Position numbers and translations under genes: made by a program. A stretch of 63,169 nt of DNA, filler included, from Reclinomonas americana ATCC 50394 (taxonomy: Eukaryota), in NCBI GenBank assembly GCA_048213135.1. It is 6 parts of 4 records of this genome, joined end to end, with 100 filler letters (N's around TTAATTAATTAA, not from the genome) between each part and the next. Parts side by side here need not be neighbours in the genome. Positions count along the whole stretch, not along the records: positions 1 to 25,719 come from PS015762.1; positions 25,820 to 28,269 come from AFZH01015450.1; 4 more parts are not named here. The stretch is one strand, 5' to 3'. The notes under the pieces were generated by a model. The model was given only the letters and a program-made list of their open reading frames with translations, made no database searches and had not been told where the DNA came from. Within the stretch, counting starts at the first letter, position 1. Every line of letters starts with the position of its first letter. Shown one piece after another: positions 18,944 through 26,689 of this stretch.

Positions 18944-19783
18944 ATGACGGCCGCTACATTGTCTGCCCGGGGCGCGGTGCTGTTCGTCAGCGGCCTCGAT
19001 CTCGGCGCTCTCGGCTCATGCCGTCAATCTGGCGCTGATCTGGTCTGTGTGGACCTCGAGGACGCCGTGCCCCCGGATCTGAAGGACAGGGCGCGTGCGG
19101 GTCTTGCAGCCGCCTTGCAGGCTGAAGGTGCCGGCCCGGCACCCGTAGTCGTCCGTATCAATGCGATCCGAAGCTGGATGGGCATCGAAGATCTCCGAGC
19201 CTGTCTTGCGCTCTCCGATCGCATCGCCGGCGTCATGCTTCCAAAAGTCGACAGCGCCGACGAAATCCGGTGGGTCGCAACGCTGGCGGAAGAAGCCAGC
19301 TCGTCGATCGAATTGTTGGCGATCATCGAGACGGCGAAGGGGTTGGCCGAGGTCGCCGGGATCGCCACCGCGCATTCGCGCCTGCGGGGCCTCGTCTTCG
19401 GAGGATTTGATCTCTCGACTGCACTCGGCTGCGCGATGGCCTGGGAACCTCTGGTCCATGCGCGCTCCGTCGTCGTTCACGCGGCGGCCCTGGCGGGGAT
19501 AGACGTTATAGATGCACCGCACGCCGCCATTGATGACGAAGAGGGGCTCAGGGATGCGACAAAGCGCTCCAAGGCGCTCGGCATGACGGGCAAGGCTGCG
19601 AAAGACGTTCGCCAGATCGATATCATCCAGGACGTTCTGCGCCCAAGCCCGCAGGAGATCGCCCATGCTCAACGCATCGTCGCCCTGTTTGACGCTGCGC
19701 CAGGAACTCCGCTGATCGTCGACGGACGACTGGTCGAGTTGCCGACAATCCGGCGCCTGCGTCGTATAGGAGTCTCACAGTGA
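18944..19783 (+). CDS. HpcH/HpaI aldolase-citrate lyase (CitE-like) family protein
   Basis: VDLEDAVPP, VRIN, LPKV, IIETAKG, FGGFDL. Confidence 0.88.
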   Translation: MTAATLSARGAVLFVSGLDLGALGSCRQSGADLVCVDLEDAVPPDLKDRARAGLAAALQAEGAGPAPVVVRINAIRSWMGIEDLRACLALSDRIAGVMLPKVDSADEIRWVATLAEEASSSIELLAIIETAKGLAEVAGIATAHSRLRGLVFGGFDLSTALGCAMAWEPLVHARSVVVHAAALAGIDVIDAPHAAIDDEEGLRDATKRSKALGMTGKAAKDVRQIDIIQDVLRPSPQEIAHAQRIVALFDAAPGTPLIVDGRLVELPTIRRLRRIGVSQ

Positions 19784-20994
19784 CCGAGCCCCGTCGGAGA
19801 CTATCAGCGCTGGCGCGCAGCATATCGCCGTCGCCCACCCTGGCGATGAACAAACGGTCGAGCGAAGCCGGCACCGCGAGCCGGCCGGTCATTCCGATGA
19901 GCCTGGGCGAGCCGGACTTCCACACGCCCGCCCTAGTCAAGGCGGCGGGCATCAGAGCGATCGAGCAGAATTTTACGAAGTACACTGCCGCCGACGGCAC
20001 ATCCGACCTCAAGGGCGCAATTCTCGAAAAGCTCCGACGCGAGAACGGTATTTCGGCGCATGCAAATCAGATCGTTGTTGCCGGCGGCGCCAAGGTCGCG
20101 ACCTTCGCCGCGCTTCAGTGCATTCTGGATCCCGGCGACGAGGTCATTATCCCCGCGCCCTACTGGCCTTCGTACATCGATCTCGTCAAACTCGCCGGCG
20201 GCACGCCGGTCATCGTCCCAACCAGAGAGGCATCGGGCTTCAAGCTGACCACGGCCGAGCTGAACGGTGTTCTCGGCCCCCGAACACGCGCGCTCATTCT
20301 GAACTCGCCGTCAAATCCGAGCGGTGCCGTTTACGACCAGGACGAGTTGCGGGGCATTGCTGAAGCCATCGCCGATCACGAGAAGATCTGGGTCATCGCC
20401 GACGAGCTCTACGAGCATCTGTACTACACTCCTATGAAGCCGGTCTCGTTCGCTGCAGCCGCGCCCGCGATCTCGGACCGCACGATCACCGTCAACGGCT
20501 TCTCGAAAGGCTACTGCATGACTGGCTGGCGGCTTGCCTTCGCCGTTGGCCCCCAGGACGTAATGGCTGCGATCTCCAATGTCGTCGGTCAAATCCAGGG
20601 AAGTTCCAGCAGCATAGCCCAGGCTGCCGGTGTCGTGGCGCTCAGCGGGGGCGATGATAGCCTGGAGACCAATCGGCAGAACTTCCGCGAACGGCGCGAT
20701 CTCCTGGTGTCCGGTCTAAATGCGATAGCCGGCCTCTCCGTTAGGGCTCCGGAGGGGGCCTTCTATGTCTATGCCAACTGTGCAGAGCTGATCGGCCGCA
20801 GCACCGCTGCCGGCCAACATATTGCGTCGGACGTGGCGTTGGCGGACATCTTGCTAACCGAAGCCGCCGTTTCATCGGTGGCCGGGAGCGCGTTTGGGCT
20901 CAGCCCGTATTTGCGGCTTTCATACGCTTTGGATACCGCAAAGATCGCTATGGGGATCGAGCGGATCGACGAGTTTTGCGGCAGTCTCATTTAG
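19780..20994 (+). CDS. PLP-dependent aminotransferase class I (aspartate aminotransferase-like)
   Basis: GEPDF, NSPSNPSG, DELY, NGFSKGYCMTGWRL, PEGAFY, YLRLSYA. Confidence 0.93.
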   Translation: MTEPRRRLSALARSISPSPTLAMNKRSSEAGTASRPVIPMSLGEPDFHTPALVKAAGIRAIEQNFTKYTAADGTSDLKGAILEKLRRENGISAHANQIVVAGGAKVATFAALQCILDPGDEVIIPAPYWPSYIDLVKLAGGTPVIVPTREASGFKLTTAELNGVLGPRTRALILNSPSNPSGAVYDQDELRGIAEAIADHEKIWVIADELYEHLYYTPMKPVSFAAAAPAISDRTITVNGFSKGYCMTGWRLAFAVGPQDVMAAISNVVGQIQGSSSSIAQAAGVVALSGGDDSLETNRQNFRERRDLLVSGLNAIAGLSVRAPEGAFYVYANCAELIGRSTAAGQHIASDVALADILLTEAAVSSVAGSAFGLSPYLRLSYALDTAKIAMGIERIDEFCGSLI

Positions 20995-21101
20995 GCGGTT
21001 GTGCCGATCAACTCCTTGACGATCAATGAGGTGTTGCGCCGGGCGCGATTGGGCTGCCTAGAAAATCCTGATCTGCTGGCGGCATTCAGGAATGCAGCTA
21101 G

Positions 21102-21312
21102 AGGAAAATCGTTGCCCTGGGCCTCGGCGCCGCCAGCGCCCATGCCGGAAACGTTCTGGTTGTTCTTTCCGACTCCGATAAGCTCGACCTCAAGGACGGC
21201 AAGGTCTGCAGGACCGGCTTCTACCTCAATGAATTGATGCAGCCGGTGAAGATGCTGATCGACGCCGGTCACGAGGTGACTTTCGCCACCCCGCAGGGCA
21301 ATGCGCCAGCTG
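21102..21312 (+). pseudogene. Fragment of a secreted DJ-1/PfpI (Hsp31-like) gene
   Basis: After an in-frame TAG (21099) the frame reads ALGLGAASAHA-GNVLVVLSDSDKLDLKDGKVCRTGFYLNELMQPVKMLIDAGHEVTFATPQGNAP, then loses similarity; no start codon upstream of the signal-peptide remnant. Confidence 0.75.
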
Positions 21313-21380
21313 CCATCGTTCCCTGGCCCGTCAACATAGTTATTCGATTCACTTGCGGCACACGCCAGTGCGGTAGAACG

Positions 21381-23471
21381 TTATGTCGCCAGGACCTCGG
21401 GCTTGCCATTCCCACCAATATCTTCTCGCGGCGGATGGCGAAACCGCGCGGCCGCGCTGAGACTGGTTATCGAAGGCGACGATGCGGAACCATCCTTCTT
21501 GCTTCCCCGTTTGCGGCTGGCCTTGCGCGCGTCCGAAGCGCGCTTCTCTGCAGCTTTGGTTGCGTCGCTTGGACTGATGCGTCGCGCCGGCACGCGAACG
21601 ATGAGCACGCCGCGACTGATGCCGTCTTGCAGTAAATCCCCGACCACAGGCTTGAAGCGCGTTCTGATATCTCCCGAAATCCCGTCCCGGGTCGTCAGAT
21701 CCAGAACCAGCAGAATCCCGATCGGAATGTTTGTGATCTGATAGAGCGCAGTTTGCTCGCCGTAGGATGCGAGCAGATTGTCGAACGACGCGTCGTATGC
21801 CTCACGCTTCACTTCAGTAACGAACCGGCTTCCCTTGTATGTGTGGGAAACGTCGGCGCGACCACCGCCAATCCCCGATAATTCAGCGACTGTTCCTAGC
21901 TTCCGGCTTCGCAGGAAACGGATGAAGTCTTGCTGCAGCTCCTTTTCGAGCGGATCGCGCTCGCCGTCCGCGATGAACAAATACTTCACTGTCGGGTCGA
22001 TCCCAGGTGTCATGTCCAACCGCCCTTCGAGAAAGAGCAGGGTCTGGTAGATCATCGCTTCGACGAGGATTTTTGTCTGAGGAACGTCAGCGACCTCAGG
22101 GATTGCCATGAAGGCTTCCACCACGGTGGCGACCGCCTCGACGATGGTCGGGCTCAGATTCTCCTTCTCGACCAGACCGACGTTCGTGACAACGGCATTG
22201 GTGATCCTCTCCCTGTCCGCGTATGATAGTGCGCCCGAGCTAAGGATGGCGGCGACCCCCGGGCTTGTGGGTGCCGCCTCACTAGGGCGGGCAGGAGCGT
22301 CGATCAGCGCAGCATCGGTTCGGGCGATCAGATCCTTCGCGGTAACTCCGAGTTCCCCCTCGCCATTGGCCTCGAGCCAATCCCGTAGAACGTAGAGTTG
22401 AGCTCGGTTCGCGGCGACGGAAGCCTCGATACGTGGGCGGACCAGCCATTCCAGCCCGCCGTCGATCGAGCGCCGGAAAATTGAGCGACTCGCCGAGTAA
22501 ATGGTGAGCAACTCGGTCTCGATGATTCGGACTGCGTCGAGCCACGCCGGCTTCTGTAGCGCATCGCTGAGCGTCTCCAAGCGCACCGCAAGCGAGGCCC
22601 AAGCCGCGACCTGAACCGACTTGGCCCCGGTAAGGAGATCGCTTTCGAAAGCGGAGTATGCCGAATAGGCGAACGCCTCGCGCTGGAGGGGCTCGCTACG
22701 CTCTGCGTCACGTATCCCCCGGTTGTCATAGAAATCGTCGAGCGTCCCAATGGCAAGCGCGAGAACGTGTGCGTCTGACCGCGTTTCCCGTCGCGTATAA
22801 GCGGTTTCAAAGTGCGTTTGGGCGAGGCGAAAGTGCCCTCGCGCCTCACCGGCGCTTTGGGCGGCGAATGCCAGCCCGACCTCGCTCATTCCGAGCTCGA
22901 ACGCTGCCTCGTCCGCAGCAGCGTCGCGGTCCAACAAGGCTTGAAGAAACGCGACAATGCCTAGGTTGGGAGATTCCGCATGCAAATATCCGCCGATCCG
23001 CGCGGCATGGGAAAGATAGGCGGGATCGTCGTCGACGTCGGTGATTGCAATGTCGCCGGTTAGCCGTGCGGCCCGGCGGGGGTCCTGGCGCTTCATCAGG
23101 AGCGCCCCACGCAGCGCGGCTGTTCTCAAACTCGCGGGGTTATCGCGCTCCTTTGCGATGTCGAGCCAATTCAGGAAGCATCGCTGTTCGAGCGGCTCTG
23201 GCAGGGGCGCGCGAACCAATAGCGCGTCGACCAAAAGGTTGACGGCGATGTCCTGTCGAACGCGCGTGAGGACATCGGCCACAAATCCGGCCACCGCTTC
23301 GTCCTCTCGACGACCCTCATCCATAACGAGCGCCACGAATTCTGGCGCGAACGGAGAGGTCGCTACGATCTCAGGCTCGTTCAAAATAGCGAGCAGGCCA
23401 CCAAAGTCTGCGACTGCCGGCTGGCGGCCTGCTGCCAGGACCGTCTCCATCTCACGCAGCAGCAGGTGCAT
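21381..23471 (-). CDS. Large helical protein with C-terminal PD-(D/E)XK restriction-endonuclease-like domain (putative defence effector)
   Basis: EKELQQD...E..GIGGGRADV...VTEVKR...QTALYQ...GILLVLD; Ala/Leu-rich helical N-terminal ~500 aa; ATG 4 bp after the ATPase stop. Confidence 0.7.
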   Translation of the reverse strand: MHLLLREMETVLAAGRQPAVADFGGLLAILNEPEIVATSPFAPEFVALVMDEGRREDEAVAGFVADVLTRVRQDIAVNLLVDALLVRAPLPEPLEQRCFLNWLDIAKERDNPASLRTAALRGALLMKRQDPRRAARLTGDIAITDVDDDPAYLSHAARIGGYLHAESPNLGIVAFLQALLDRDAAADEAAFELGMSEVGLAFAAQSAGEARGHFRLAQTHFETAYTRRETRSDAHVLALAIGTLDDFYDNRGIRDAERSEPLQREAFAYSAYSAFESDLLTGAKSVQVAAWASLAVRLETLSDALQKPAWLDAVRIIETELLTIYSASRSIFRRSIDGGLEWLVRPRIEASVAANRAQLYVLRDWLEANGEGELGVTAKDLIARTDAALIDAPARPSEAAPTSPGVAAILSSGALSYADRERITNAVVTNVGLVEKENLSPTIVEAVATVVEAFMAIPEVADVPQTKILVEAMIYQTLLFLEGRLDMTPGIDPTVKYLFIADGERDPLEKELQQDFIRFLRSRKLGTVAELSGIGGGRADVSHTYKGSRFVTEVKREAYDASFDNLLASYGEQTALYQITNIPIGILLVLDLTTRDGISGDIRTRFKPVVGDLLQDGISRGVLIVRVPARRISPSDATKAAEKRASDARKASRKRGSKKDGSASSPSITSLSAAARFRHPPREDIGGNGKPEVLAT

Positions 23472-23475
23472 GGGC

Positions 23476-25422
23476 TCACCAGAGATAATCATCTCCGGCA
23501 GCGTACCTCAGGTTCTTGCTAGGCACATGCTGACGGACAACGTCGCTGTCGATGGCCGCCATAAACACCTGAGTATGCGGAATATCGCCAGTCAGTTGCT
23601 TCAGGCCGGCAACGAGAGCCGCGTAGTCCTTTTCGACCATCTCGGCAGCGCCGGGCGAATCGATCAGCAGCAGTCCGGGATGCCGTCCAATTCCGCGCTG
23701 TTCGGCGATTTTAATCAGCGCCAACGTCGTCGCGATCTTGAGCCTGGCCTTCTCGCCGGCCGTCTGTTTGCCGAAGGATACCGTTACCGCACCTTTCACG
23801 AGATCGAGATGCGTGTTCCCCTTCAATTTTGCCCCTTGCAGGCTCTCCATTCCGAACAAAACGGCGTAGTGCTTGATCAGCGCGGAAACATCACGCAGGA
23901 GGGCGTCCTGGAGCGATCTGTAGCTCGCCGAGATGACTTCCTCAGCGATCTTGAGCAGATCCTCATCATCGGTTGGGCCGGATGATGGCCCCTCATCACG
24001 AGCCAGTTCATCACGCTGTGCCTCGCGTTTGATGATATCAAGTTCCAAATCCCGTGCTTTCGACGGCGCGGCGAGCTGCGCCTCGATCTCGATTGATGCC
24101 TCCTCCGCCTTTTTCCTGTCGGCGCGGGCTGTGGAGACACTCTCCTGCAACGAATGCTGACGTCGCCGCTCTGCTTCCAGCACCCCCTCCGCACCAACCA
24201 CCGCCGCTTTGAGACCCGACTCCGTTATCGCCGGGTTGTCATCATCAGTTTCCGGCTCCCCGCAGACCACGCAGACATGTTGTTCCCGGCTATCGTGCTT
24301 GCGCTGGTCTCCGAAGTCGTGAACGCATCTCGGGCAGGACACCGGCTCAAGCGAGCGGAAAACGAAACTAGCAGCGCGGCCGTCTTTGAAGTCCTGGAGA
24401 TCCCGGCGAGCTGCGTCATAGGCTTCTTTGGCAGCATCAAGATCGTCGGACGACGCGCCCACTTGAAAGAGCCCTGTCCGAAGTTTCGCATCGGCGTCGG
24501 CAAACTCGCGACTCAACTTTTCTAGTGATGCCCGTAAATCACTGGTGCGCGGCAGCTCTCGCAATTGGCGCTGTAGACCTGCGAGCTCCTCGTCGAGCTC
24601 GGCTACGCGTGCCTTTCGGCGGGCTCGCGAGCGGTCAAGGTCGCTTGCAGCCTGTCGATTCTCGCTCGTGATACGCGATAGCGCTGCGCGTACGTCACTC
24701 ACGGCGTTGATCCAGGGCACTCCCAAATACATCTGCATCATGCGGATGCCGAGCGTCGGTGCGGAACCGAAAAGCGTTTTCGGATCTGGCTCGATAACCA
24801 TTGCTCCAGAGAGCCAAACCCAGTCGTGCTCCTGGTCGCTACCTTTTCCGTCTCGGATGGCATGCATGACCATGGACTGGAGTCCCAACTGGCCCATAAA
24901 AAATTCGGACATGACGTCCTCGAACTCTGCCTCGGACGCGAACGCCGCCTGACGCTGGCGCTCTCCCCCTCCAAGTCGCCAGAGCGATCCCGAACAGGCA
25001 ATGGCGTCAGCTATGTCGACCTCATAGAGCTGCTCATCCAATGTGAATGTAAGACGGACCGTGTGAAACCAAGTCTCCATTCCACCCGGAATGTCACCAG
25101 TGCGCCGGCCGTTGAGACACCACCGGATCATGGCGAGCAGAGTGGACTTGCCACGAAAATTGCGCTCGCTCGTGATCGCGAGAAATCCTTGGTCCAGGTC
25201 CTTCCACTCGAAATTGATCGGGCCGGCCTGCTCGCCCTTTTTCTCGCCGGTAAAGGCGAGTGAACGGATACAAAGACGTCGTGGCACGGCAATCGACGGC
25301 CTTATCGCGACGCCATGACGGCCTAGAACCGCCCGGACCTCCTCGGATGATCGCTTCGCCTTTTCCGCAATGGCGTCAATAAGGGCTCCAGGCGTCTTCT
25401 GAGCTAATTCCTCGGACATCAT
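23476..25422 (-). CDS. Atypical SMC/Rad50-like ABC ATPase
   Basis: Walker A-like SERNFRGKST, coiled coils, apex CPRC-x17-CVVC, signature-like QTAGEK, Walker B LLLIDSPG; ATGA overlap with upstream gene. Confidence 0.8.
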   Translation of the reverse strand: MMSEELAQKTPGALIDAIAEKAKRSSEEVRAVLGRHGVAIRPSIAVPRRLCIRSLAFTGEKKGEQAGPINFEWKDLDQGFLAITSERNFRGKSTLLAMIRWCLNGRRTGDIPGGMETWFHTVRLTFTLDEQLYEVDIADAIACSGSLWRLGGGERQRQAAFASEAEFEDVMSEFFMGQLGLQSMVMHAIRDGKGSDQEHDWVWLSGAMVIEPDPKTLFGSAPTLGIRMMQMYLGVPWINAVSDVRAALSRITSENRQAASDLDRSRARRKARVAELDEELAGLQRQLRELPRTSDLRASLEKLSREFADADAKLRTGLFQVGASSDDLDAAKEAYDAARRDLQDFKDGRAASFVFRSLEPVSCPRCVHDFGDQRKHDSREQHVCVVCGEPETDDDNPAITESGLKAAVVGAEGVLEAERRRQHSLQESVSTARADRKKAEEASIEIEAQLAAPSKARDLELDIIKREAQRDELARDEGPSSGPTDDEDLLKIAEEVISASYRSLQDALLRDVSALIKHYAVLFGMESLQGAKLKGNTHLDLVKGAVTVSFGKQTAGEKARLKIATTLALIKIAEQRGIGRHPGLLLIDSPGAAEMVEKDYAALVAGLKQLTGDIPHTQVFMAAIDSDVVRQHVPSKNLRYAAGDDYLW

Positions 25423-26162
25423 GCGCTCTCAAGAAGACGCTGAAGCCGCTTGCGAACGCGCTCAGCTGTGGTTGGGATGAGGTCGCCAATCTGGGCGTCG
25501 TGATATTCTTTTTGTTCGTGCTGGCGCCTCTTGAGAGGAAAGCCGCCTCGCCCGCCGGCGACTTTGAGCACCAGATCGACGCGCCTGTCATACCAGTCCA
25601 GTCCGGGTACGTCGGTCGCTATTCGCGCGACCAAGTCCCGTGCCAGGGGGCCGACGAGAAACTCATGTTCGTCTTTGCCGCTCTCCATCTTGCGCGATCG
25701 AGGTAGGACTAACAGGCTGNNNNNNNNNNNNNNNNNNNNNNNNNNNNNNNNNNNNNNNNNNNNTTAATTAATTAANNNNNNNNNNNNNNNNNNNNNNNNN
25801 NNNNNNNNNNNNNNNNNNNCTAATTCGCGACTTCGGAGAATGCCGAGAACGGTGTCCAAAGGCTCGTAGGCCCCGAAATATCGACGGAGCATCGGTACCC
25901 GCCGGAGATCCGGTTCCTCGTCAGCGAAGATACGTTCCGCTTCATTGAGGAAATCCGGTTTCCCAGTCTGCTCGAAGAGGGATAAGAGCTCGTCCGCGAG
26001 GTAGTCGGGGTTCCGTATCCAGAAATCCAGTGCTTGGAGCCGCGTTTCACCCTTGAACACGTTATCGAAGCCAGGAACGAGTTCTGCGCCAGCAGGCGCG
26101 CTCCCTTTCACGAGGATGAACAGGATGCGGAGAGCATTCCGTTGATAGTCGACCTTAGGCAT
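25419..26162 (-). CDS. Small hypothetical protein upstream of the SMC ATPase (middle-component-like), split by a contig linker
   Basis: 5' part MPKVDY...LQALDFWIRNPDYLADEL...PMLRRYFGAYEPLD...LRSREL and 3' part LVLPRSRKMESG...LLESA join in frame through a shared TTAG at the contig ends. Confidence 0.7.
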
Positions 26163-26330
26163 CGCAAGGAGGCGCAAATCCGAGAGAGAATATCGCGTTA
26201 CAGTTGTATCTATATTTCTCCTAAGTCGAACCGGCCAGTCTCCTTCGTCAGTCGGTTGCAAATTTTAAACAACGTCTTCTGCAGGCACTCATCGGGGCGG
26301 CTCCCGATCGAAGACGCGCGAAGCAATGAA

Positions 26331-26351
26331 CCTTAGACCAAGGGTCTAAGG
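26331..26351. repeat. Perfect 9-bp inverted repeat
   Basis: CCTTAGACC-AAG-GGTCTAAGG. Confidence 0.8.
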
Positions 26352-26667
26352 CTCCACCATGACCGATTTGGTCTGCCAGACGGCCTGGGGACTGCGCCAC
26401 GCGTCGTAGCCGGTGACCCGAGGGGTCGCAAGGTCAAACATCGGCTCGTGTTTCGCAGTCGGAATAATGATGACTATGAGAGGACGAAGTCCGATCAATG
26501 GTGACTTTTTGTCGGATCTTCTTTGAATTCAGGCTTCCTAAGTGATTGATCTGACTGGCGCCAGAGTTGCGCTATTCGTGAATTCCAAGAATTCACCCTT
26601 CGGGGTGTTCCATCCCCTTGAACTTCAACGTCGACAAGCCCTTTGGGCGGGTTGCACCCCGTCCGAA

Positions 26668-26689
26668 TGCATAACATCGTGCATAACAT
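26668..26689 (+). repeat. 10-bp direct repeat at the integrase start (candidate arm-type sites)
   Basis: TGCATAACAT at 26668-26677 and 26680-26689. Confidence 0.7.

Noticed and set aside
21381..26162. Wadjet/MksBEFG or housekeeping SbcCD/RecN call for either SMC locus
   Set aside because: Both ATPases are under 700 aa; no Toprim JetD, no Mre11-type phosphoesterase and no repair-gene context.
26470..26497. Hammerhead-like CTATGAGA-GGAC-GAA-GTCC-GA
   Set aside because: Lacks the required CUGANGA and GAAA core sequences and flanking stems.
26332..26503. Permuted tmRNA or tRNA-Ala gene (CTCCACCA, then GGGGAC, then an NNDDY-like frame)
   Set aside because: No T-loop consensus, no GGATCGAC-like motif after the 5' end, and the frame does not end in AA. 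Kept only as part of the structured-spacer finding.
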